Shown: positions 11,087 to 24,640 of the stretch, piece after piece
Layout of the letters: each line of letters begins with the position of its first letter
Position numbering within the stretch: the stretch's first letter is position 1
Assembly: GCA_047967505.1 (NCBI GenBank)
Contig: CM106538.1
Length of the DNA stretch: 64,000 nucleotides
Strand: one strand, 5' to 3'
DNA from: Dipteris shenzhenensis
Taxonomy: Eukaryota
Notes under the pieces: generated by a model
What the model was told of the DNA's origin: nothing
Database searches by the model: none
The model's input: only the letters and a program-made list of their open reading frames with translations
Made by a program: the position numbers and the translations under genes

Positions 11087-12274
11087 GGCATGAGGTGTAA
11101 TTGTAAGGTGATGGTTTTATGTTCTTGGAAAATTGGTTTACGTACAACTATGGTGATACAGATTAGTTGTGCCCTAATTTGTGTCACTGTTGAGTTGCTC
11201 TGTGGCCTAGACATAAAATGACCCCAGTGAATGCTTTTCATGCTTAGCAGAAATCTGCACAACCAACGAAATAATGCTAGTTGTCTGACCAAGACATTAA
11301 TATTTTTGTCATCCCATAGGGTCACAGCCTGCTGTGTAAACAGATTGACTCTAATAAATGGTGCAAATGACGTTTTCTCAGAAGATGCAACTTTTTGTAG
11401 CAGAAATTAGAATCACATCAAGCTAAATCCAAGATTGTTCATATGTTTATAATCTGGAAGAGGAACAGCTGCTAGGAGCAGATTGACTGCAATGAATGCT
11501 GATATTGCAATAAATTCTTTCTATTTTAAGTGGTGCGTTGCCGTATGAGCTAGATGATCTAAGCATTCTCTTACTTGGGTGCTTGTTTGGGAGAGACTAG
11601 AATGAAATCGTATAGCCTTCACAAGCAGTTGTAGCTTGAATGAATTTAGACTACTTTTTGATTACCATTCTCCTTTAGTGCTAGCCTTTGTCACGGCTGA
11701 GTCTGCCCTTCACCTCCGGAGTGCCGACAGAAACTCTGTACGAAGACTTTTGTATAAATGGATGCTCAAGTATGTGTGGATGTGTGGATTTGGGTCGGAG
11801 AGCATATGTTTATAGTCCCACTGTTGGGTGCTGATGACAACAGTGGGGATGTCATAGTAGCTAGTCCCTGCTATGCGTGATAGAGTTTATGGTTCTCAAC
11901 CTTATGAGTGACTATCATGAGATTGATATTGCATGTTGTGTTGTATTTTTAGAGGATGAGTTTGGGCTTGTTCCTGGATTCATCTAGATATATGCAGTGA
12001 ATGGTGCAAACGACCTACTCTCAAACAAGGCCCGATTTCAACAATCTTCAATAATAAATGCATTGTGGATGCAATGGATTACGCATTTGATGTAATCCCA
12101 CTCAAAACTTCTCCTTGCACGTATGTTTTACTCCTAAATAACTATTTTGACTAACCAGAAATCCATTTCAATATTGTAGATTACATGCTTAGATGCTTGA
12201 GTGGTTCTTTTGCTTTCTCACAACGTTGGCTACATAGGTAGTACACATGTAGATTAACGTCTTTGTGAAGTCTT

Positions 12275-12277
<3 letters not shown>

Positions 12278-12313
<36 letters not shown>

Positions 12314-12317
12314 TCTG

Positions 12318-12355
<38 letters not shown>
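12278..12355. repeat. compound microsatellite (GT)n(CT)n
   Basis: Directly visible. Confidence 0.95.
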
Positions 12356-12357
<2 letters not shown>

Positions 12358-12489
12358 TAAGGAAGTCCTTCCCCTCTAAGTGCTTACCTTTGGCCTCTAG
12401 CTAGGTTGCTCCTTCCATAAATCCCGGATAAAGCAAGCCCTACACTTGCCATGTTTGTTTGGCTTTGTTTTTAATTATCTCGTAATCTT

Positions 12490-12815
12490 GGCTGCCTTTT
12501 TTGAATAGGCTAAATCTCAAATACAATCCAATTATAAGTATGAATTATAGCATGGCTCATGTTTAGAAGATTAATGTGGTTGGAGAGGTGAGGGACACTT
12601 TATTGAATCAAATGTTGCCACACTATATTGAATTAAATGTTGAAATTGTGTTCAGTTCTTCCATAAATCAAGCCCTAGGCTGCCTTTTTTGAATAGGCTA
12701 AAACTCAAATACAATCCAATTATAGCATGGCTCATGTTTAGAAGATTAATGTGTTTGGAGACGTGAGGGACACTTTATTGAATCAAATGTTGAAATTGTG
12801 TTCGGCATTCCATAC
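12490..12815. repeat. tandem duplication, period ~190 bp, two copies with indels
   Basis: GGCTGCCTTTTTTGAATAGGCTAAA...CATGGCTCATGTTTAGAAGATTAATGTG...GAGGGACACTTTATTGAATCAAATGTTG at ~12490 and ~12678. Confidence 0.85.
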
Positions 12816-14439
12816 AATCAGTCTTTACAAACACAAATTGCATAATAGAGTGACATTTGACAACATTGATACAATAGAAGAATTCTTGAATCCCAATATG
12901 CCTTTCTCGATGTTTACATCAACCCACAAATAGAAGCTCATTGATGTGATGAGCAATTCCAAATAAGACATCCAAAAGTTCACAAAAGCATGTTCGCTTG
13001 TTCTATATTGCAACTTTATTTGTGCATCTAGCTCTCCCACATTAAAAAGCTCATGAGGTCAGAAAGCTCATGGGGAAATTGAACTTGAAACTCCTACCCC
13101 ATCTCTCTAGTCGTGTCTTCTACATAGTAGGGAAATAAAGTATCCCTTAATATGTAACCAAACCATAAAAATTTGTAATTCTTGCCATTCCTAGGAAAAG
13201 ACAATCATTTTTGTCCTAGTAGTCAACATGTGCGAAGGTGCCCTAACCTTCAAATGTGTAATGGAATCAGTGAGCTTGCCCTTGGCATTGCTTGTGGTAC
13301 TTTAAAAGCAATGGTTAATTGTGGCTTCTTCGTCAATGTCAAATGCAATTTTGCCACTCATAAATAAAATATTTTCATTCTTATTTGGTAAACATAAATA
13401 AAAGAGAGTGAACCTTGATTTGCATGGTTGCCATTGTTAATTCTAAATTGGGCACCCCAATCTTCCCACTTGCGAAAACCGAAGACAGCACCCACCAGCA
13501 AACATGATGCACATTTACAATTTGGGTAGATATAGCTCACAAACAATGTACATGTTAGTACTATATATTTTGTCATAGTAAACATCGTTACAAGAAATCA
13601 CAACTAAAATTCCAAAAATAATGATATAATTACTCATCACAAATGATTGTTGTGGAAGTAAACTATTGTAATAGGCTAGCCTATGATGGTAAGCTTCGAG
13701 TGACATAAAGAATGCGAATGTTCACATCCAAATGTTCACATAGCTTGTAAAAGCTTGTAAAAGTCAAATTTTGCAAGCTACTAGTAACATATAAAAGAAA
13801 TGAAGAACCCCACATGTAACGAAGGACAATTTAAAACTCAATTATCAATACCATTGAATAATACATAAAACCTTATTATTTGATGGGATGGTATAGGATA
13901 GAATGTCTTACATAGCCAAAAAAATCATTTCAAGTCTTGCTTATTGCATGAAGTGTACGATTTCTCATCCCCCAACTTGAACCGCTAATCTAAACTTGAT
14001 TACGGTAGCAAAAAGGAAATACCACTTATTTCCATGCTTGGGATCCCCAATTCTTACTAGAGTTGACATATAGTTCCCCTATTTCTTTCTCACCTCATGT
14101 TGCTTCTCAAATTTTCCTTATGACCTTGAATTTGCACTCTTTTCATGAATTTCCTCCATGTCTTACTCTATCTCAACCTTTATGAAAGAACCATACAAAA
14201 GAATCCATATATATAAGAAATATTGACTTATACAACAAAGCAAAATAAACCATACAAGTTCAAAAACGAGATGGTGTTGAATGTTGTACATGTCACAAGG
14301 TACCTTACTGACGGATACCATGAGAATTGTGCAATTTTAGCCTCATGTTCACTCAACTAGAAACACACACCTAACTTGCTGCTTGTAAACTTCACAATAC
14401 ATTTATTATGAAAACTTATATTGTGATATCAAATTTGAA

Positions 14440-14805
14440 AAGAAATGGCATAATGGCTTACTTGCTAATCCTCCACTAACCTAATTCAAAGCCGCTATCA
14501 AAAGAAAATAATTTGATTGTGCAACCATTGTATATGTAGCTCTTACACAAATATGGCATCACGAATCAGGGAGAAAATGTTAATGGACCTCTTTCATTAT
14601 TTATGATTTCCATCCCAATAAAAAATGGCATAATGGATTACTCGATCTCCCATTAATCTGATTCAAGCATGCTTTTAAGGGAAAGCAATTCGATTGTGCA
14701 ACCATTGTCTACGCGTTTCTTACAAAAATATGGCATTGAGAACTAAGAAGAATATGTTGTGAACCACTTTCACTATCATATGATTTGCATGCCAACATGA
14801 AAAAA
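14440..14805. repeat. diverged ~180-bp tandem duplication
   Basis: AAATGGCATAATGG...GATTGTGCAACCATTGT...AAATATGGCAT...ATGATTT repeated. Confidence 0.7.
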
Positions 14806-16499
14806 TCTTGCCTAAAAGATGTTGGTTCTAATTGGGATTTGATTAAAGAAATTTTAAAGTTCTCCATTTGTGCCAGTTCACATAGAGCCCACATCTTCTC
14901 TTTAGTGCATCAATAGCATAGAGAGGCACTCCATCAACTCCCACTGTAGACAAAACAAAGGATGACCCTTTCTTGTACATGTCTATGCTTCCTCAAATTT
15001 GAGTTAGGTCTTAATATGAGATTTAGGCATCTTTTCCATTGCAATCTTAGCCCCACAGCTAATAGCTTGTCAAAGTGATTTTCTATGGCCTAGCCCTAGA
15101 TTTCTCATAGTTCTTTATGTTAGCCAATAACTCTTACATTATCTTCATAAGCATTGTCAAAAGTGTAAAATCTTTCTAAATGATTAAACCACAATACTTT
15201 ATATTCTCAAATGCATCTCATACCCATATTATTCAAATTAAACAAGGGGCTATAGGATGTTAAAATAAGCATCAAATTTTCAAGATTGTCAAAATTGAGG
15301 AACAAAGACTATCGCAAAAATAATGTATGCAATGGGGAATGCCAAAGAAATAAACATTCATCATACAATTACCTTCAAAATCATTAGAAACTTGTTGGCA
15401 AGAATTGATAGAAACAAGAAAGACATTGTGAGAAACTTGCTACATGAAAGAAAACAAAGAACAATTTATGTGCGTTATTGCAATTTTTAATGCAAACATA
15501 AATTCATAGTGTGTGTGAAACACTATTATGTATAAATCGGGTAACATTATGGATAAACGAGAAGTAAATGGAATATTTCATTTGTAAATTAAAAAATGAG
15601 AGTCTTCCCACAATATTTGAAAACACCATTGCATTATATTACTATGAAAAAAGAAGTATGATCGTAGAAAGTTTTAAAAATCACATGTTTTAAATAACTC
15701 TTAGAAGCACAATACATTTTCCATATCGCTTTCCTTGCAATCCAAGGAGTTGAAAAGTTTTGCAATTTTTTTGATACAATTTTTTCAAAAGACATGAACG
15801 TTTGTATGACTACACGACCAAGAATGGGACACAGATTGTGTTACTTTATGATTGCATCCCCTTCTCTTTATCGGAACATATTTTTTCATCATGATCAAGA
15901 TCATCATCATTACTAGATGAAGAATTGGATGATACATCCTCTCCAGCACTATCATTAACAAGAACATTCATTTCATCCTTATGGAGACCTAATGTTGCTT
16001 CCATTTGCAATCGAGTCAACTTCAAGGAGGAGCCAATGAGACAAAGAAGATGTATGCTATCTTCTTTAGGAGGCATACATCATTTGCAAGTATAGAATAA
16101 ACTTTATCTATGAATATGAAAAGATGGTGTGGATCCAACATGCCTCAAATGAGGGCTTTGGTGGATACTTGTGCTTGCTCAACTCATGGCCATTGCAACT
16201 GGACTTGGAAGTTTTTATTGCTTTGAGTCACTTGTAGCTTGTGACTCCCTAAGTCTTGTAGCACAAGAAACTAAAACACATGATAAAAAAATACCTTTGG
16301 TCTTTCCTTCTTCCAATTGCTAGTGGATGAGTAGCCTAATATAGCAAAAAGAAGTGGTCTGATATAGCAAAAAGAAGTGGGGTAGGGTGATTGAGTCATG
16401 TTCCGATTGACATAAAATTTAGTTGTAGATTCGTGAGTAGAATTTTGACATAAGAAACATACACAGGCCCAAGTACCATGTCTTTCGATGCTTCAATCA

Positions 16500-16960
16500 A
16501 GAAATCCCATTCCAATCTATAATAGGATTTGCAAAAATCCACTTGAGAAATAGATGTCTTGTGAATAACAAAGAGGAGAAACCTAAAATTGATGACAAAA
16601 AAATCTTCCTTTGGGAGAGTCTAAATGAAAAAGCTTTGGGAAGCATTGGCTTAGGACTCGTTGATAATCTTACCCATTATGTGGATTTTGGTAAGATATC
16701 CAATGAACTTTGGGAGAAGCTCAAGAATCTTTTTGGCATCAAAATAAATAAACACAAGTTGTTTCTCGAGAATTTCCAATGTGAATATGAGAAAAAATGA
16801 TACTCTAAGTGAGCATTTGAGAACTTTAAGTTCTCTCTTCAACAACTTGCTCCATTAGGGCAAAGGTTGATGAAGATGGTTGGAAGGTAGTCTTGCCTTC
16901 TAGCATTGAAAATCTTATAAAATATAATGAGATACTTACCATACTCAGAGTGGCCAAAGG
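16500..16960 (+). pseudogene. degenerate copia-type gag fragment
   Basis: WESLNEKALGSIGLGLVDNLTHYVDFGKISNELWEKLKNLFG...DTLSEHFENFKFSLQQLA parallels the gag at 25800-26400. Confidence 0.6.
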
Positions 16961-18429
16961 AATGGCTTATGATGAGACAATTTCTCCACTCTTTGACTAA
17001 AGTTGTGAATGTGAGGAAATACTTCAATCCAACATGAGATCTTAAGGCGATTAGACAATAAATATCTAAGTGGGACAATTTTAGTGGTTTCGTGGCTTGG
17101 ATCATGGCAAATACTGAGAAATAATCTCAGTGCTACTGCCTTCCATGCAAGCTCTACATGCTTTTTGACTACTGACAACTTGTGGAAGCCCATCCATCAT
17201 TTGAGATTTTTGTGTTGCATCTAAAATCTAGTATCCATCATGATTATATCTCTCATGCCACGTCTTCAAGGCATCCTATCATCCTAAAGTCATAGGATAT
17301 GTCCTATAGAGGCCTTCCGCCTCTACTCTTTTGGAAATCATTGCTCTTCATCGAAGACCACACCGACCCTATTTCTTGCAAGATGGATGATGATGGAGAG
17401 AAGGATCTTGCATAAATTCAGGATGTAAAGTACCTCTTTGAGGACTTTTAATCTTTGATGATCATATTGAATGGCACTATCCAAATCCCCTTTATGGGAA
17501 AGATTGTGGATGCCACCAACGGTGATTTAGAATCACTCTAGGGATGGTTGGAAACCATTTCAAGTCTTCAACATGTGCTTTAATGCACCACTATTTGCAT
17601 AGAATATCTTCGCCACTTGAAGTTATTCTAAGTGCAAGACATCCTCCATCACCTGACTAGTAAATAGATTTTCCTTAATAGCACATTATGTGGAGTACAT
17701 ACATAGAGAGTGAATCATTCTTTATATGGACATTCATGGTACCATGTTGTAGAGGTTCGTAACCCTATAAGCACACCAAATCTCTAGGTGATTTTTGGAG
17801 AGCATTGTGGCATCACTTTGATCTCACCAATGTCCATAATGGTGGCATCTTGCAAGTAAGGAGGAGCATACCGTATGGACATAGTTGAGGGGAAGGCGCT
17901 ATGGAAGAGTGTGCTTACAAGGGGGCGATGGAAAGAGAAGAGGGATGACATTCAAGAATAGGTACATGTACGAGGGGGAGAAAGACACGAGGGGGAAGGG
18001 AGTAGGGGAGGAGAGAGAAGCTAGAGAAAGGGAAATGAAACTCCTTGAGGAAGGCTTATTGCATTGAGACCACTATTAGATGCAGCCTAAATGGGAGAGT
18101 ATGAATGTGAGTGTATACTGCACCAAACAAGAGCACTCATTTAATAAGCCAATTCTTCCCTCATTGGATGTCATAATTGGCTCCCACGTGCATAATTTGG
18201 TTGGTATTATCTTCCATGTGAGCAACTTTTCCCGATGTATGCCAATGGGGTGTGGCAACCCTTAGCCTCATTTTCCACATAGATCAAGATCTCATTCCCT
18301 AACTCAAGCTGGATGAATCACCTCCTTGGTCTTTTCCCCTATATTAATATGCACACAGAGCATCTAGGAGGACAAGAGGGGGTTGGCAAAAAGATACTTG
18401 ATAACACATCTTACTTTCATCCTATAATA

Positions 18430-18655
18430 TACTACATGCATGGACTACGTATAACCACCCCATGCACACAGGGGGCCATCCACATGGAGGGGTTGGCACA
18501 TGAGTAAGCTTGCACCTCAACCATGGGCTCATAGACCTCTTATTATATGTTATACATGGATTCACTATACACCATCCACATGGAGTGGTGTGGAACAAGA
18601 GTAAGCTTGCACCAGTAATGGGACCATAGCCCTTGATTATATACTATACATGCCA
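18430..18655. repeat. ~115-bp imperfect tandem duplication
   Basis: CCATCCACATGGAG...GAGTAAGCTTGCACC...ATGGG...CATAG...TTATAT repeated. Confidence 0.65.
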
Positions 18656-18983
18656 CTTCACATTGCAACCATTGAAATTAATCACATGGTCCTTTTTTTC
18701 AAATTCACAACACCCACATCCTCACACACAACAGATGAAAAATGCACCCCCACATAGCCATGACACTCATTTGTGGCACTTCCTAATTCCATAGTCATGA
18801 CATACAACATACCAATGAAAGACAAATGCATGTGATACAAACAAAATACATAGGAGCACGATGATGGAGAGAGATTGCGTGCGCGCGTTGTGCGTGCACA
18901 CACACACAATAATTTTGATAAGTTCATGTATCTCACACACACAGACACTTATTTCTTTACACACACACACACACACACACACA

Positions 18984-21120
18984 TTTTTTTTTTGTGAAAC
19001 TAAGAACATTGTATTATGAAACAACCATTTTACAAGAGGGCAGGGCTCCAGAAAAGAGCCAATGCCCTATCCATCAGAATAATAAAAGAAAAGCTCAATG
19101 TAAGAAACATCCAAATCCTCCTCATGCAAGGCATCATATAAGGACTACCGCAATGAGGTCTGGAAGAACTCATAAGGATGCTAAGGAGATGAATTCGTAA
19201 ATGCATGATTTTGCTGAAGCCAGAGGGTCCACAACACCCAGTATCTGGTCCAATGGAAGAAAAGAGAGTATTGCAGCAAAGGAGCTGGTAATTTGCCAAA
19301 CATCTAGAAAAACCTCGAGAACCTGTGTGCCGAAAATCTGAGAGAGAAAAAATAGGTGATCCTATCCAGAAGGTCTCTAGAATATGAACAAAACCACAAT
19401 AAGTGCTGAATACTCTCAGGAGCATGATGACATCTTGGACAAAGAGGAGAGGCAATCCGTCTTTGAGCCAATTTCACTCCCACTAGAAAAATACCAATAA
19501 TGCATCTCCAAAAAAAGAGTCTCTGCTTTAATGGCATTTTCAGCTTCCATATTAATTTCAAGGTTGCTTTCCACCAAGATAAAGACTTATTCAGATGCCA
19601 AAGAGAATTGGATGATGAGCAATTCATGGAGGAGGTAAAATCAATCTATAAGCCTATATGGAAGTCTATAAATGCAAAGGTTGAGAGGATAAGCTTGGAC
19701 TTGAAGACTTAAGATGCCAATCTTGAAGCCTGTCTCTTACTGCTTATTGCTGATTTTCCAGCCAATTGGATAACCCAAATGCCTTACTATGTGCTCAGGA
19801 ATGTGCTCAGGATGAACAATTTGACCTGGCCAAAGAAGAGCATGCCAATCACAAAGCTTGAGAGGCAAGACTTTTGATTTTTGAAAATTAATACTTAGAC
19901 CAGCTACCAAACCAAAATAAAAAAGGGTATCCATCAATAAGCAAAGCTCCAGAGGACATTTCTTTGGCATGAAGAAAGAATCATCTGCATAAGCATGTGC
20001 AATAAAAGGCCATGAGCCAAGAATCAGTAGCCCCACAAGTTGTCCAGTATCAACTAGATGATCCATATAAAGAAGCAAAGGATGAGAAGCAATAGCATAG
20101 AGCAAAGCACTGAGAGGGCATCCCTATCAGACTGATCATCCTAGAGTCCAAGACTCAAACAAATGATTCCCTTAAAGCATTGAGCAGCGGAATCAGAGTA
20201 AAGCCAAGAAATGCCATTAACTAGCTTTGGCCCACCAACCAAGTCTCTGGACATGGTTTGAGAGACATAATCCCACTATACGGTATCAAATTCCTTTGCC
20301 ACATCCACCTGCATGACCAAAACATCTTGATTTGAATATTTAGCATATTCCATTGTAGTGAGAGTATTGGAGATATTATCATGTATATGCCTTCTTGGAA
20401 CAAAACCATATTGCCTGGGATGAAGACCATCATGAAGAGTATCCTTTATTCGGTGAACCAAATTTTGGCAATAAGTTTATATATAACATGCATCAAAGTG
20501 ATGGGTCTCCAGTCAGGCATAGTATCATAGAGGAGTTTTTTGGGCACAAGCTTGACCAGCAGAGGCTCTTTCCACCACCTCCTTAAACCACTTGAAATCC
20601 GAAACATACACATATAAGTGCAAAAAGTAAATCTTAATAATATCTTGGATTATGCCACAACAATCATCCATGGCTCCATTGATTCCCTCAAAGCTAGCAA
20701 TGATGCCGCAATCTTGTGTGTTTCTCTTATCATCAGTCTATTGTGTCTAAAAATGCTTTCCCTTATACCATATATCATTGAACATAGTACACTACACCAA
20801 GGAAAAATCAATTGAATAAGAAATCTAAATTGTTGAAAGCTCCTGACTTTTGCAAAACATTCTATATACCAACCTTTTGCATGAACCCTCTAGCATACTC
20901 CCATTATTCCATTGTGATATGCATCCCCTCTCTCCTCTCTCCATTTCATCAAGTAGCCAATCGACATGAACATCTTTTAGAAGTTCTCTTAGATGCTCTG
21001 GGTACAACACATTATATCCATGGTGTGTACGAAAGGGGGCCCTGTCTCCTTGTCTTCTTGCCTTTGCATCCTTATCTAAGAATCCATATGTTTTTCTATA
21101 TTCCTAGGTAAAGCAATAAC
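18984..21120 (-). mobile_element. L1-type LINE, degenerate 5'-truncated ORF2 (RT plus zf-RVT)
   Basis: DWRPITLMHVIYKLIAKI, QYGFVPRRHIHDNI, VDVAKEFDTV, AYADD, GLSINFQKS, IWKLKMPLKQRLFFWR...CPRCHHAPESIQHLLWFC. Poly(A) tail is T10 at 18984-18993. Many stops and frameshifts; 5' limit approximate. Confidence 0.9.
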
Positions 21121-21849
21121 AAGCCCAGGAGAACAGGCATCACCTATCTACCCAAACGTAACTATGATGTTCTAACACCTAGTTTGTTTGGATGGTGGCA
21201 AGTAAGTGGACCCCAACCTCGGAACCGGGACTGCCTAAGGATTCAACATCTTTTTTCAATACTATGTTTGTCAAACTCAATATTATTAAAAATTCTTAAT
21301 TTTGGTCAAAAGTTTTGCAAACTCTAGTTGTATTTTTCAACTTAGATGTCTCAAACATTTTTTTCCATATATGTTTGCCTTTTTTCAATTTCCTATCCAG
21401 TTGATGGAATTAATTGTATGTCTCAATTATTGATGGGAAATTTCAATCTAAACACACACCCACATACACACACACACACAAGCACGCACGCACGCACAGA
21501 TGCACACACACTTTTTTTGGTTGACACCATTGATTGAATTAATTAATGCAATTTACAATCACCACCAGCAAGTGTGGTAACTAGAAGCAGTGGGAAAACT
21601 CTTCCAAATGATGCAAGGAAATGTCACCTAGATGATAAGCATCATATAGGGACGTATGAAAAGAATGCCTGAAGAGTGCATAGGTATCAATAGGAGTATT
21701 AAAGGACATGCAAAGGATTCTATCATGCCAGATAGTCCAGTATGTCATGAATCAAACCCACTAAAAGAGAGGGATATAGTCAGCAAGGGATGAGTGAAAT
21801 CGCCCAAATATCCAAAAGTTTGGAGAAAATATTGATGAAGTGGGGAGTG

Positions 21850-21852
<3 letters not shown>

Positions 21853-21888
<36 letters not shown>

Positions 21889-21912
21889 AAAGGATGAGTG
21901 AAATTGCCCAAA

Positions 21913-21989
<77 letters not shown>

Positions 21990-21996
21990 GGGGGGA
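21853..21996. repeat. (GA)n microsatellites with a poly-G run
   Basis: Two (GA)n tracts; GGATGAGTGAAATYGCCCAAATAT occurs before the first tract and again between them; a G-run follows. Confidence 0.95.
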
Positions 21997-22025
21997 GTGC
22001 ACATGATGTAGCTACCTATACACTA

Positions 22026-22120
22026 TGTTGTATTGAACATGAACAAGAATATATACATGAGAAACCCTTAGGGTTAGGGTTAGGGTTCCCTAATGCCCTA
22101 CCTAGATAACACCCCCTCTT
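22026..22120 (-). repeat. probable 3' LTR plus PPT of an old minus-strand LTR element (non-coding body to ~27.6 kb hosts the gag-only element)
   Basis: Minus strand AAGAGGGGG followed by TGTTATCTAGG...CAATACAACA; contains (CCCTAA)3. No partner LTR identified. Confidence 0.45.
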
Positions 22121-24640
22121 AAATTGTGCTTGGTAAGAAGAGGATGCATGTACAAGAACTTTTTGTTGATTTTGTTTGGCGCATATGATAGCATCCAAAA
22201 TTGAAAGAAAACTGAAGAGAATTAGAGTAGTATGTGCATGTGTGAGCACAGTGACTATGTAGCATAAGTATGTACAATGAGTAAAACTTATGTGGCCCTG
22301 TATAGAATGTGGATTTCCCATTTCCCCCTCTTTAGTTGTGGGTCAACCTTCAAATTTGGGAATAAAACCGAGAAGATAGGCCGAAGGGAAGAGGAAGGAA
22401 ATATGAAGAAAGTCAAGTCCACTTGGATCAAAGACCTGGTCAATCGAAAGATGATTGCGTGCATAGCTGCAAGTATGGATGTGTACTGAACATGTCATAA
22501 GTCACTGTGGACTATGTAGCTTCTCTATAGAAGAGGCATCCAAATGTGAAGCTAGTTGAAGTGACATACAAGGGTGTCACCAACCCAAAAGAACTGACAA
22601 CAATGTCAGAGGTGTGCTGTAGTAGAGTAATCTCTATCATATGATGTTGTGTCAAAGAAGACCACATAATCGGTGTGGATAGAGTGATCCAGGGGCTAAA
22701 AATTTGGGATTGAAGGTGCAGGTATTATACTTTGCTGCTCTGCTGAGAAGAAGAGGGCCTATAAAACTAAGAAAGTATGCCAACTTATCAAACTGTATGT
22801 TCAACTATCATGAGCTAAAGGTCATCTGATGTGTGCATGAGCTAACAATCCTTTAGCATGGGATGTAGCATCTATCATAGGATCAAGATGGAGCTGACAG
22901 TACGAAGGCCTAGAAGCCTAAAATAAAACTAAGAAAACATAAGGTGTCCATGAGGCATAGAAGGTGCCGAATGCTAATGTTGGGATTGGTCTGATTTCCT
23001 GGATCCAACCACTAATCTGCATCAATGGACTGTATATGATAGCCATAAGTGCATAATGAAACACTGAGGTTCTCCAGGTTGCACTATGGCTGAACCTGAT
23101 GATGTCCACTACACTGGGGCAGGACTACACTAATGTGTAAGTGTCCTTATGTTGAGGAATGATCTCATGATCTAAGATGGTGGTGATGATTGGATCCAAG
23201 CATGATACAATGAGGCATGACTAAATCAGATGTCAAAATGTCTTGAAGACTGATCTACTGATATATATCTACTACTGATGGAAATTGTATCCATGCTATG
23301 TTCCGTGTCACAGGTGAAAGCATTAGTGATCGATGCTGGAATGAAATCACCTCAAGAGCTGGATGCATTGTGGCATGTATTTGTGCATGCTGCAAAAGAT
23401 GTGAGTGTTTCATACTGAGGACTTACCTACTGAAAAACTGCATGATCATAACGGAACTCTTGCTATGTATCTACATCTGATGTGATAGTAGATGGAGTCA
23501 AATCCATGCATGAAATTGATGGCTGTACATCACAAGAATCTGACTGTGCTGATGTGGATGAGACTGCCTTATGCTGAGGGCTTATTGTCAAATATGCCTC
23601 ATACTAAGGGCTTACCAAGAAATGTGCATGATCAGAGATGTGGGATGATCCATGCTAACAAGTGGTAAATTTGCATCTGATCTCTCAAGACCAATGATCA
23701 AGTTGGCATCATAAATCAGTACATACCCTGTGGCAATGAATGGTCAAAGGAGGTTTTCTTTCCACTCATGGGTCTCATTTGAAGTCATGACTAGTTTAAC
23801 ATCAACTGTGTGATGTTAATAACTCCATGCTAGAGGTGGTTTGGTGCTCTATGCAAGAGGCTTACCCATGTACCAGTGAAAGTGTCTACCCATGGGAACA
23901 TTAAGAGCTATCGCCGCTGGGGGCTTACGCTGCTAAAAGGATCAAAACAAAGTCACATGAGAACATGTGTATGCAAAATATCAAGCATGTAGTATAATGG
24001 TGAAAATTGTGTGTCGGAGTAGCCAAGAGGCTATATAAGGCTGATGGATATGTGTAGGAATCAATGCCAAAAAATAGTCAACAATGTGTGCTTTTACATG
24101 GGTGGCATGTGTGTCTGCAAGAATAATGCAACAATCCTGAATCCGAGAGGAAGATCACTCTGCCAAGTGTCACTAATGTGTGGAACTACCAAATGCCAAG
24201 TGTATTGAATTGGTGTCAGATCTCTGAATGTGAATACCAATGATAGGTCCAAAGGGATTGACACTACTACAGGTAATGTGGTAATGTCTTACTTAGCTTG
24301 GTGGAGTTGAATCTCCTCTAAGGCAGTGCTAGTCTACCATTAGGCTGCATGTCAAAGCACAAAATGCAACAAATGAATTTTATATGGATTCATTTTATGT
24401 GTTGGGTATGGTGCAATGGATTAGGAGGTGGTTTCAACAATGAGGATTCAGTGTTTTTGACATGTGGAAAATTCATAATGAAGACATGAATTTTTTATTG
24501 TGTAGATCATGATCTGGCAATCATTTTATCTTTTTATAGCTCCGAAAAATACCACCTAGATCAAAAGTTATGGCTCTCAGAAGGATGGCCAAACTTTGAT
24601 CACAAGGAGGGCCCAAAAATGATGACCTGGCATATGAAGT

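Noticed and set aside
11818-11848. Hairpin CCCACTGTTG...CAACAGTGGG as an ncRNA or miRNA
   Set aside because: Only a 10-bp stem, too short for a precursor, with no other support.
17060-18300. Possible decayed gypsy gag on the minus strand
   Set aside because: Only a vague knuckle-like fragment is visible, which is insufficient to call.
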